This document shows positions 10,550 through 19,909 of a stretch of DNA of 64,000 bases, piece by piece. Both the position numbers and the translations under genes were made by a program. The stretch's first letter is position 1. Every line of letters starts with the position of its first letter. Origin of the DNA: Cyanophyceae cyanobacterium (GTDB lineage Bacteria; Cyanobacteriota; Cyanobacteriia; Cyanobacteriales; Laspinemataceae); assembly GCA_038321985.1 (NCBI GenBank), contig JBBQFN010000005.1:32001-96000 (forward strand), written 5' to 3'. Under the pieces are notes generated by a model, which did no database searches, was not told the origin of the DNA, and saw only the letters and a program-made list of their open reading frames with translations.

Positions 10550-11068
10550 ATGATTGAGATGAAAGTCGCTGGAATTGCATTAGATGCAGCAACACGGAGT
10601 CCCATAGTGCTGCTCAGAGACGCCGGAGATCGACGAGCTCTGCCGATTTATATAGGCCAAGACCAAGCTAGGTCAATTATTAGTGCCCTTGAAAGCCAAA
10701 AACCTCCTAGGCCCTTGACCCATGATCTCATGGTCAATATTCTAGAAGAATATGAGGTCAGTTTGGACCGGATTATTATTCATGCCTTACAAGACAATAC
10801 CTTTTATGCAGTGATCAAACTGCGTCACGGAGAGGCTATCAAGGAGATTGATGCTCGTCCTTCGGATGCGATCGCCTTAGCCCTGCGGACCAACAGCCCC
10901 ATCTGGGTGATGGAAGAAGTGGTGGCGGATGCCTCGATTCCCGTGGATCGAGAAGCAGATGAAGCAGAACGGCAAGCGTTCCGTGATTTTGTTTCCAACA
11001 TTAGCCCGGAAGATTTCATCCACCGGAAGGAGTTTGGACCGGGTAGTGGTGAAGTTCAAGAGTCATAG
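10550..11068 (+). CDS. Bifunctional nuclease family protein (DUF151)
   Basis: LPIYIG, PPRPLTHDL, IDARPSDAIALALR; ATG at 10550 (MIEMKV). Confidence 0.92.
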   Translation: MIEMKVAGIALDAATRSPIVLLRDAGDRRALPIYIGQDQARSIISALESQKPPRPLTHDLMVNILEEYEVSLDRIIIHALQDNTFYAVIKLRHGEAIKEIDARPSDAIALALRTNSPIWVMEEVVADASIPVDREADEAERQAFRDFVSNISPEDFIHRKEFGPGSGEVQES

Positions 11069-11197
11069 AGCGTTCAGGGGGACTTAGAAGCCAGTGGAAT
11101 CAGAGATTGAAAATGAAAAAACCCTTATTTTCTAAGTTCAATATCTCAATTCCAAGTCTAACTCCCCGGAACGAACTATTAGCAAAAAAGGTAAATC

Positions 11198-12361
11198 GTG
11201 TACTACCGCCGATTTGGAAAAACCAATCTGCATCTGTCGGTCTTTTCCCTAGGAACCATGCGATACTTGGCCTCAGAGGAAAATGCGATCGCCACGGTGC
11301 AGCAAGCTCTCAAAATGGGAATCAACCATTTGGAAACGGCCAGAGGTTACGGCAATAGTGAGGCGTATCTGGGCCGAGCACTCACCGAAGTTTTAAGGGC
11401 GGATTCCCCCGGGTGTCGAGAAAAGTTGTACATCACAACTAAACTGCCACCGTCAGGAGATGCGGCTGAAGTGGAACGCTGCATTGATGAATCTTTAGAT
11501 CGGCTGAATGTGAATTATCTGGATGGTATAACCATTCATGGCCTGAATACCCGCCAACATTTAGAATGGGTGTTGGCCCCAAATGGGGGAATGCAGGGGG
11601 TCCAAACTGCCCTGGGCGATCGCCGAGTTCGACATATCGGGTTTTCGACTCATGGCAGCTTAGACTTAATTTTAGAGGCCATTCATACCAATTTATTTGA
11701 ATTTATTAATCTCCATTATTACTATTTTTTCCAGCGCAATGCTGCTGCGGTCGCCTTAGCCCATCAAAAAGATTTAGGCATTTTTATTATCTCCCCAGCA
11801 GACAAAGGGGGAAGACTACATACCCCACCGAGCGAACTTTCCCAACTGTGTCATCCCTTGACACCCCTAGAATTTAACTATCAGTTTTTATTAAGTGACC
11901 CGCGCATTACCACCTTAAGTTTCGGTGCCGCCAATCCGGAAGAACTCACGGTTCTCGATCGCCTCTCTATTTTTGAGAACCAGACAAACGAGGGCACCGG
12001 CGCAACTATTCCACCCCCACAAGAAACAATCAGCGCACTAGAAACCCATGCCAGCCAGTTTCTCGGTGTAGACCAATGTAGCCAATGTTATGCCTGTTTG
12101 CCTTGTCCAGAAACCATTAATATTCCTGAAGTTTTACGCTTAAGAAATCTGGCAGTTGCCTACTCCATGACCGACTATGGTCAATATCGATATGGGATGT
12201 TTGAAAATGCCGGACATTGGTTTCCCGGGATGAAAGGGAATCGATGTACTGCCTGTGGAGATTGTTTACCCCGATGTCCGCAACAGCTTAATATCCCCGA
12301 ATTGCTACAAGACACTCACGATCGCCTGAATGGTAAATCCGGTCGTCGGTTATGGGGATAA
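11198..12361 (+). CDS. Aldo/keto reductase with C-terminal 4Fe-4S dicluster domain
   Basis: YRRFGKT..SLGTMR, ETARGYG, IGFSTH; CSQCYACLPCP and CTACGDCLPRCP. Confidence 0.9.
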   Translation: MYYRRFGKTNLHLSVFSLGTMRYLASEENAIATVQQALKMGINHLETARGYGNSEAYLGRALTEVLRADSPGCREKLYITTKLPPSGDAAEVERCIDESLDRLNVNYLDGITIHGLNTRQHLEWVLAPNGGMQGVQTALGDRRVRHIGFSTHGSLDLILEAIHTNLFEFINLHYYYFFQRNAAAVALAHQKDLGIFIISPADKGGRLHTPPSELSQLCHPLTPLEFNYQFLLSDPRITTLSFGAANPEELTVLDRLSIFENQTNEGTGATIPPPQETISALETHASQFLGVDQCSQCYACLPCPETINIPEVLRLRNLAVAYSMTDYGQYRYGMFENAGHWFPGMKGNRCTACGDCLPRCPQQLNIPELLQDTHDRLNGKSGRRLWG

Positions 12362-12413
12362 TCCCGTCTGAATCAGATATAGCGTTTTTAACCGAGTAGG
12401 TATCCCAATCAAA

Positions 12414-13064
12414 ATGATGATTACGAAACGCAATAAAAACGATTTAAGTTACAAACGCTACGGGCTTTCTCCCTTCGAGTTGGCTGGAATTTCCCTGGCT
12501 TTGATGCTGCTGGGGCTAACTTGCCCCTGGGTCAAACAAGGGTTAGCCCAAACTCCCGCCCCCGCCCTGGAAGCCGTAGAGGAGATGGTACCGCCCGATC
12601 AGTCGGAACCGCCTTTAGAATTCCAGCAGATGCCCCCAGAAAAGCCCCCCTTACAGTTGCTTTCCATCCCCCCTGAAATTGATCCGGCTGAGTTTGATAT
12701 CACAACCGCAAACACGATTTCTCAAACTGGGGTGACAATTCCTTCTTTATGGTGGGTTAACGAACAGTTTGGTTACAAGCTAGTGGAGAACTGGTTAGCC
12801 TATCCCCGGAATGGAGACGAGACGGGGACTGTGGATTTGATTGTTAACCGTCAAATTTGGAGTTTACTGGACTACCTGCAACGCTACGAGTTTCTAAACC
12901 ATTTCGGGCAAGTGGCGAGGGATTACGGTTACAACGTCCGGGTGTTTACTCCTCAGCAAACACTCTTAGGGGGTTATACCTGTACCTACCAGCCGATCGC
13001 CTGCAATTTGTGGGTTGATTCCCAGGGCGTAGACACTGAAGCGCCTTCTCCCTCTGGGAATTAG
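12414..13064 (+). CDS. Hypothetical exported protein (cyanobacterial)
   Basis: 216-aa ORF, N-terminal hydrophobic signal, Pro-rich linker, globular C-terminus (PSLWW, YGYNVRVF). Confidence 0.75.
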   Translation: MMITKRNKNDLSYKRYGLSPFELAGISLALMLLGLTCPWVKQGLAQTPAPALEAVEEMVPPDQSEPPLEFQQMPPEKPPLQLLSIPPEIDPAEFDITTANTISQTGVTIPSLWWVNEQFGYKLVENWLAYPRNGDETGTVDLIVNRQIWSLLDYLQRYEFLNHFGQVARDYGYNVRVFTPQQTLLGGYTCTYQPIACNLWVDSQGVDTEAPSPSGN

Positions 13065-13096
13065 AAGTCGATAATATCTCCGGGGTTTTTGGTCGA

Positions 13097-14311
13097 TTAG
13101 CTGAGGCGAATTTCTCTCCACAGGTCCTCGTAGGCTTCAGCAATCTCCGGGGGGAGGGGTTGGATAAATTCGCTGTTGGCAATTGTCTGGGCACTCGGTA
13201 AGAGTAACCCATTCGTTTGTAAAGCATTTGGTAAATCCCCTCGGTCCCGGTTCAACAGCATGGGAGAGGCCGCTTTACTCAATTGGGAAAGCTGAACCGC
13301 CATTTCAGGTTCCCAGCAAAAATTAATCCACTGTCCCGCTAGGGCTGAGGCGGGGGGCGGTGTCTGGGTACTGACCGGATTGGGTCCCGCAGGACGGACC
13401 CACAATTCGGACCATAACGCCGTCCCCGAAGGAGGAACCACCGCCCGAATTTGGGGATTGCGCTGCATTGCTCCCAGGATATCCGTAGACCAACCTAGGG
13501 CGGCCCAAGTATCACCAAGAACTAAGGGTTGCAGATAGGTGTCGGAACTGTATAGCTTGACTTGTGCATGAAGTGCCAGGAGTTGTTCTTTGAGTTCCGG
13601 TAGATCGTCGAGGCGACTGCGATTGTAGGAGTGACCCAGGCTTTTGAGGGTCAACCCAATCACTTGCCGGGCACTATCGAGCAAAGAGAGGCGATCGCGC
13701 AGTTCGGGACGCCACAAATCCCTCCAATCGTGCGGGGTCCAGCCTAAATCTTTGAATTTATCCGCGCGATAAGCAATGACGGTCGTTCCCCAACGATAAG
13801 GTGCTCCCCACACCTGCCCGTCTGGAGTGATTTTTCCCTGGGCATTCCGTTTAACCAAGTTTTGCCACTGGGGAGGGAGATTGCCCCATTGGGGAAGAGT
13901 GATAGGGTCCAGGGGAAGAATCAGTTGTTGGGCGATCGCCTGTTCTAACCAGTAGTCTCCTAAAGTGACTAGATCGGGAAAGTTTGTCGGTCCAGCATTC
14001 CTATTGAAAAATGGCAAATTCCATCCCCGACCCTCGTCGTTTGAGGGGGTTTTTTTCCACTTTTGCAGCAGTCCAAATAATTCCTCTAACTGCGCTGCCG
14101 GTGAAAAGTTTAAAACCGCCCGGGTTTCAAGTTGCTTGCGGAATTCCCCCATCGCTTGTGCAGGAATGGAATTTTTCAACAGTAGAATTTTGAGAGTTTC
14201 TCGATCAACCCTCCCACATCCGCTCAACAACTGGGTAACCGCTAGGGTACTGAGGCTAACTAAAAAAGATCTTCGATTCACGCGCTTTTTAATAGGATTC
14301 TGTTCAATCAA
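13097..14311 (-). CDS. ABC transporter substrate-binding lipoprotein (PotD/PotF-like)
   Basis: Tat motif NRRSFL plus lipobox LSGC; APYRWGTTVIAY, WRDLW, GTALWSELW; likely start GTG 14281. Confidence 0.85.
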   Translation of the reverse strand: MIEQNPIKKRVNRRSFLVSLSTLAVTQLLSGCGRVDRETLKILLLKNSIPAQAMGEFRKQLETRAVLNFSPAAQLEELFGLLQKWKKTPSNDEGRGWNLPFFNRNAGPTNFPDLVTLGDYWLEQAIAQQLILPLDPITLPQWGNLPPQWQNLVKRNAQGKITPDGQVWGAPYRWGTTVIAYRADKFKDLGWTPHDWRDLWRPELRDRLSLLDSARQVIGLTLKSLGHSYNRSRLDDLPELKEQLLALHAQVKLYSSDTYLQPLVLGDTWAALGWSTDILGAMQRNPQIRAVVPPSGTALWSELWVRPAGPNPVSTQTPPPASALAGQWINFCWEPEMAVQLSQLSKAASPMLLNRDRGDLPNALQTNGLLLPSAQTIANSEFIQPLPPEIAEAYEDLWREIRLS

Positions 14312-14415
14312 ACCGATCGCCAGGGGGAATTGGACGACTACCCTTTGGGTGAAGGGGTAGAATTTAAGCCCATTTTCCCCGCTGCTTTGGCCTCTCCTAT
14401 TTTAGCGGCGAAATC

Positions 14416-14955
14416 CTATTCCTCGATCCGCTTTTCCAGATACTGACCGATGGTTTGTTGTTCTCCGGCGCGCGAGATGATCGTTTGTCGGGTCCGGTAG
14501 CGATCGCCAATCAGTTTTAATTCTTCCTCAAAAACGGATCCATTGTATTCAGTTTTTAGGCACAAGGTTTGCGGATTGACAAAATAAAAGGTAGCCTGAA
14601 CTGGGTCCCGAGTTAAAAAGCCGCGATCGCGATAGAGTATATTCCCTCTAGCTCCAAATTGGGTACTCCCTGCGGATTTTTTTCGCCCTGAAGCCGAGTC
14701 TCTACTTTCCCAAGAGACTTCACTGCCACAGGTGAGGGCGTTGATTTCCGGGAGTTGGTGCAACTTTGCCAGTTCTACCAGTTCTGGACTACTGGGTTCT
14801 AAAAATCGCACCTTAATTATGCTTACCACTTCCTGGGTAATGCCATCGGGCAAAGTGTAGTACCGGCGATCAGAGTGCCATTGGCCCTCTGATTTTTGGA
14901 AGAAGTCCGCAATCAGCGATTCTGTTGTAGATGGGGTTAGGTTTTTCAGAGTCAT
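14416..14955 (-). CDS. CpcS/CpeS-type phycobiliprotein lyase (CpcV-like)
   Basis: FFQKSEGQWHSDRRYY, LYRDRGF, FEEELKL..YRTRQT beta-barrel lyase pattern; ATG at 14955. Confidence 0.85.
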   Translation of the reverse strand: MTLKNLTPSTTESLIADFFQKSEGQWHSDRRYYTLPDGITQEVVSIIKVRFLEPSSPELVELAKLHQLPEINALTCGSEVSWESRDSASGRKKSAGSTQFGARGNILYRDRGFLTRDPVQATFYFVNPQTLCLKTEYNGSVFEEELKLIGDRYRTRQTIISRAGEQQTIGQYLEKRIEE

Positions 14956-15406
14956 CAGAGTTTCTCTCCTCCGGTTACTGATTGATAGCCTATCAATCCG
15001 AGCCGGAAAGCTGTTGTAAATTCCGTTACTTTTCTTAATATAACGCGATCCGTTGGCACTGCCATTCATCCGGGGATGGATTCTAATCCTGAATTAAGGG
15101 GGCCAATCTACCCTCAATGGGATGAAAAGCCTTTACTACCTCATCCAGGGTTAACCCTCCAATTTAAAGGGGAGACCTAGGCCGGCAAGTTTTCTTGACC
15201 CTGTGGGATAGAGAGTTGGCAGGGGTGCTCTCGCAACGGGAGAGGGGGCAATGAGCGATCGCCCAATTGTAACAAAACATAAATTTTCCTTGAATTTTGA
15301 GGCAAAAATCTTTAAACATTAAATAATCTAAAAAGAATTCCTAAATCGGCAAAATCTTATTTAAGATTGAGGAGAAAAATACGGCCATTAAAATAGGGGG
15401 CTGAAT

Positions 15407-15808
15407 ATGGAATCATTACAAAACCAAGTGTTCGTCTTAAGTGATAAAATCGATGACTTATATCAAACTATCGAACAGCTTAATAGAAAAATATCCCTGT
15501 GTTTGGGAGAGCCCGGTTTGAACCCTCCACCGGCAAGTGAGTCCCCCGAAGCCCTCCTGAGAAAGCGGTATGCTTACGCAGTCGGTAATTTAGTCTCGAC
15601 ATCCTTAGAAGCAGCAGAAGAATTAGACCATAAAGACGTACTCAAGGAGAAAAATGATGTACATCAATTAGAGAAGAGCTTTCAAAATAATATCGCCTCG
15701 GAATTAACCCCGGAAATTCAGATCCGACGATTGACAGCGCAATTGACTGCCGCCTACCAGCGGATAGCGGAGTTAGAAGAACAGCTCATGGCGAACAGAG
15801 TACACTAA
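15407..15808 (+). CDS. Hypothetical coiled-coil protein (cyanobacterial)
   Basis: 133 aa, G-rich RBS, C-terminal LTPEIQIRRLTAQLTAAYQRIAELEEQL heptads. Confidence 0.8.
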   Translation: MESLQNQVFVLSDKIDDLYQTIEQLNRKISLCLGEPGLNPPPASESPEALLRKRYAYAVGNLVSTSLEAAEELDHKDVLKEKNDVHQLEKSFQNNIASELTPEIQIRRLTAQLTAAYQRIAELEEQLMANRVH

Positions 15809-15831
15809 GGGATAGTAAGGAAAGCTGAGGG

Positions 15832-16938
15832 TTAACGACTCAGGCGAGCATACCGCATTGCCATCGCTTCAATGGCTTGTAAGAGTTGAGATTGATTCCA
15901 GTTTTGGTAAAGATGCGCGGCGATCGCACAACCTCCGGCACCGACCCCTTCTTTAACAAATCCACGCTCATAAGCACAGAGTTGAGGATAGCGAGAATCA
16001 GTAAAACTGAGTTGAGTTGCCAATAAAGGGACTGGACCGACTGCGGTAGCGAGTCCCACAGTGTCTCCCGTTGGGTCTTCGGCAACCCAGCGCGTAGTCC
16101 CCACAACGATCCGATCGCCGTTCCACAGCAGGCGATGATAAGAGGCGATCGCCCGAATTAACCCATACACCGCCAGCATTTGCGTCCCACCGGCCAATAA
16201 AACACCACAACGGCGACTGGCGGCGATCGCCATGCCTGCGGCCACTGCTTGCATCGGGTCTCCCACAGCGGCGATCGTGATCAGGGGGTCTAAATCAGGG
16301 GTCCGATTCAGACGAGCCCGTTCTAAACCCGCTTTTACTAGGGCCAACTTCTGCCCGTGATTGCATTGGGGATGAGAACTATTGACCTTACCAGCCGCAT
16401 CAATCCCTAAATCCATTAAAACTGAGAGGGCTGTTGTTGTACCACCCACGACACATTCCCCCACAATCAGATATCCCTCGGGATGCGCCTGGGCGAGTTT
16501 GTGGCCCCAATGTAATCCCGCTTCAAATAACTGTTTAACGGTTGCCAGTTCCAACGCGTCACCTGTACTCAGACAGCGGGCGGGAGTCCCTCCCAGTTCC
16601 ACCACCGGGAGCGCTGGAGCTTCGGGTAAACCCGCATTAAAAACCGATAAGGGAATGGCTTGTGCTTCTATAACTGCACGAGAAATCAGGACCGGAGAAG
16701 CGCCAGCTTGCAGGGGAGGGAGAGGATACTGGGGATGGGGATGGGGACCGTGGTAGAGAAATTCCGCATCGGCGATCGCCGTGTACTGGCGATCGCGCGG
16801 GGTCGCACCCGCCGCAGAAATTCCCGGAATTAAACCCGTGTCCGTAAAGCCGAGAATGCAGGCAAAGTGGGGTTGCTGTCCGCGATAGCAGTCGAGCCAC
16901 TGTTGGCCCTGTTGAATCTGGGTGTAAATTCGGATCAC
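15832..16938 (-). CDS. cobT: CobT-like nicotinate-nucleotide phosphoribosyltransferase (TIGR00303 type)
   Basis: IPGISAAGAT, GECVVGGTTTA, AVGDPMQ, LLAGGTQM, GFVKEGVGAGG. Confidence 0.9.
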   Translation of the reverse strand: MIRIYTQIQQGQQWLDCYRGQQPHFACILGFTDTGLIPGISAAGATPRDRQYTAIADAEFLYHGPHPHPQYPLPPLQAGASPVLISRAVIEAQAIPLSVFNAGLPEAPALPVVELGGTPARCLSTGDALELATVKQLFEAGLHWGHKLAQAHPEGYLIVGECVVGGTTTALSVLMDLGIDAAGKVNSSHPQCNHGQKLALVKAGLERARLNRTPDLDPLITIAAVGDPMQAVAAGMAIAASRRCGVLLAGGTQMLAVYGLIRAIASYHRLLWNGDRIVVGTTRWVAEDPTGDTVGLATAVGPVPLLATQLSFTDSRYPQLCAYERGFVKEGVGAGGCAIAAHLYQNWNQSQLLQAIEAMAMRYARLSR

Positions 16939-17087
16939 AAGAGGCTGAATTAGGAAGACTTCAGGGAGTAGGGTCTTACAAGTTGAGGGAGCTTACTCCC
17001 CGCTTTACTCAATGGGGTTATTTGTAAAAAACCTGGACTTGTAAGGGGATGGGGTTTAATTGGGTTCAAGAGTGGGCGATCGCGGGG

Positions 17088-17888
17088 TTATTCTTCATCT
17101 AGTAAAACTTGCACCCACCGAGGCGGGGGTGGAATCGGATTTCCAATCTTTTCTAGCAAGAGAGAAGCAGCTAGATGGACGGCAAAGAGGTAGATGAGAT
17201 TCTGAACCCAGACCAAAATTGCAGCCAATGCTTGAACCACATACAGATTCGGCTGAACTAGCAATCCCATCCTTAGAAATAACCAATCTGCCAGTTCAGT
17301 AATTTGAATAGTGAGGTAAACCCAAAGGTCTTCTCCGACCAGAATTCCTAACAGCCACAGGCGAAAAAAGAAGCCAAAAGAGCCGAGGAGAGAGCCTAGA
17401 AAGATGGCGATTTCCCAACTAGCACGACGTTTCCAGAGACATCCGAGTAAGACTCCGAGTAGACCGAAAGGAACCACAAAGAGAATGCTGCGCGTGGGTC
17501 CCATGAGAACTGAGAGCAACAAACCCGAGACTACCGCACCCATCCAAGCAGCGCGATTACCCCACCGTAGGTAAACCAGGGCGATCGGGACCGGAAAAAA
17601 AATCCGCAGTACAGGACCGAGGGGAAAGTAATAATTGATTAGCCAAATCAAGCTGGCGGTACTGGCGAAAAAAGCCGTTTCCACGAGGATCAGGGCATTG
17701 CTGGGGTGTCCTGGGTTGGAAACCACGCTCTCAGAGGCACGTTCACTGGTTGGGAGTTCCCGGATATCCCCATTCAGGGGGTTAGATCCGACAGATGAAT
17801 CCGGAGGACCGAGGGGTTCTGAATTGTTAGGGAATTCAGAAGACTGGGAAGAGGAATTCGGGTTATTGTCTGAAAAATCAACCATCAA
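17088..17888 (-). CDS. DUF2232 family membrane protein
   Basis: Multi-TM, LVETAFFAS, FFPVPIALVYLRWG; lies between cobT-like and crp genes. Confidence 0.85.
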   Translation of the reverse strand: MMVDFSDNNPNSSSQSSEFPNNSEPLGPPDSSVGSNPLNGDIRELPTSERASESVVSNPGHPSNALILVETAFFASTASLIWLINYYFPLGPVLRIFFPVPIALVYLRWGNRAAWMGAVVSGLLLSVLMGPTRSILFVVPFGLLGVLLGCLWKRRASWEIAIFLGSLLGSFGFFFRLWLLGILVGEDLWVYLTIQITELADWLFLRMGLLVQPNLYVVQALAAILVWVQNLIYLFAVHLAASLLLEKIGNPIPPPPRWVQVLLDEE

Positions 17889-18017
17889 ATTGTGTCCAAT
17901 CGGTTAACAGTTAACGATTTAGGATGAAACGTTAACTGTTGAATTTGGGTCCAGAGTGAATGGGGTTAAGAAGGCGATCGCCCCCATAAAAGGGCATTGC
18001 GATCGCGGCTAAGGTTC

Positions 18018-18725
18018 TTAGACCATCAGACGTTCCAGGGCGTGGAGGTCTGGGATACACAGGATGTCACGATCCCGTTTAATCAAACTCTTCTTTTCTA
18101 GTTTACTCAATACCCGAGTCACCGTTTCGCGCGCCAATCCACTCAGACTGCTCAATTCCCGATGGGGTAAATTAGGAATTTCAATCCCTTGGGGAGATTC
18201 TTTTCCTTGTCCCTCAGCTAAAAACAATAAAATATCCGCCACCCGAGAGGTGCTATCGGATTCTCGCAACCGCAAGCGACGGTTAACTTGGCGCAGGCGT
18301 CGTGCCATTAGCTGTGCCAACCGAATTCCGGCCAAAGGTTCCGTATGGATTAACTGGACAAAATCCTGCGCCGGGAGATTGCCAATGGTGGTGGGGGCCA
18401 GGGTAATTACATCCGTTGAGCGCGGTACCTCATCCAAAGCCGCCATCTCGCCAAAGATTTCGCCCGAGCCTAAAATATTAAGAGTAACCTCTTTGCCATC
18501 GAGGTTATAGGTCCGAATTTTGACCCACCCTTCTAATAAAAAATAAACGGAACTTCCCCAGTCATTTTCCAACAAAATAACTTGATTAGGGGGATGGGTA
18601 CGGCTCACAATATGCGCTGTCGCCCTTTCTACAACTGCCTCAGGTAGTCCATTAAAAAACGGAGTTGCGCGAATTAATTCTTCAACGTGGGGTACAGAAT
18701 CGCGAGAGGTAAATCTTTCATCCAT
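18018..18725 (-). CDS. Crp/Fnr family transcriptional regulator (SYCRP1-like)
   Basis: cNMP pocket FGEMAALDEVPRST; HTH HRELSSLSGLARETVTRVL. Confidence 0.95.
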   Translation of the reverse strand: MDERFTSRDSVPHVEELIRATPFFNGLPEAVVERATAHIVSRTHPPNQVILLENDWGSSVYFLLEGWVKIRTYNLDGKEVTLNILGSGEIFGEMAALDEVPRSTDVITLAPTTIGNLPAQDFVQLIHTEPLAGIRLAQLMARRLRQVNRRLRLRESDSTSRVADILLFLAEGQGKESPQGIEIPNLPHRELSSLSGLARETVTRVLSKLEKKSLIKRDRDILCIPDLHALERLMV

Positions 18726-19909
18726 TAGGCCATCCTCTTATAAACGCGCCAGGGGTAGATCGATGTTTTTCATAAAGGGGGTTATAGGGAACCAAGAGAT
18801 GACCAATTACATTTTTTTAGAAGAGTGTTACACACAGACCAGACGGTTGCCCTCGACTGGATACTTAGAGAATCAATAGTTAGATACAACATAAAAAGAT
18901 AAACCAATTTGTACTTTCGGGAATTTAAGCGGTGGCTTTTGGCCTCAATTAAATTTCCGGAGAACCTCAATCTTTTCCGTTGTAAATCATGCTGCACCCC
19001 TAGAGCGCCAACGCATTCCACTCAAAGTGGACTGGCTGTTTTCTCCCCCTAATTTATCGCATCTGGCTAACTGACGTTCCTTAATTCCCTAGGCTGGGGT
19101 AGTTTGGGTCCTTACTAAACCCTATGGGTTCAGAACTTGCAAAACCACAGGGCGATCGCCGGGTCTCTTAAGGGTATGCTGCTGACTACTTTAACTATAT
19201 CTGGATCCGGGGCCTGAACCACTGGAGTTTTCACCGGTTTCTAGGGGTGAACAGAGCAGTTTCCCATCCCTAGAGCCTAGCTCACTCAGGAATGATCAAG
19301 GGAAGCATACCCAATTTCAAACCCCTGATTTGAGGTCCTGAGATACCCATCTAGCCAGACTCCATTAATAACATCGTTCTTTAAGGAGATCCCAGAAAAC
19401 ACTTAGCCATCATAACCTATCCAGGTGTCTCACCCCGCAGACCCTTGACATTCTCCCCAAGGGGGTCTGTTTTTTACCTCAATTCAGGGGTTAGCAGTTC
19501 ACGCCCTAGTGTTGTTATTTGTAATAAAATGTGCATAAGGCATCATGACAGAGGGTGGCAGAAATAAAAAACGGGGTTCCTGACTGTTTCGGCGAGGGTC
19601 TATGCCTGATTAATCTGTACCCTCACCCTCAATCGGCCCATCGTTTACCGCCGCCCCTGGGCTTTTATGAGTGAAGCGCCCGAAAAAATAAATTCAACCA
19701 AAACGGGTTGGAATTAAGCCTGAGCGCTTCATACTGTAGGATCACCCGCCCTAGTCAGTCGCTCTTGCAGGGGTCCGGACCACAGAATTGGACTTAGCCA
19801 AGAATGAATCAAAAAATTGCCTCGGCACAAGCTACGATACCTTAAAAAGTACCAGTATTTTCGGGGCAAAGGGTAAGTCTGTGCTGTTCTTATCGCCAGA
19901 GGTTCTATC

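Noticed and set aside
18726..19909. CRP site, small gene or known ncRNA in the 1.18-kb gap
   Set aside because: No TGTGA-N6-TCACA match, no ORF with convincing RBS or composition, and no recognisable RNA family; only a 9-bp inverted pair GGGTATGCT/AGCATACCC
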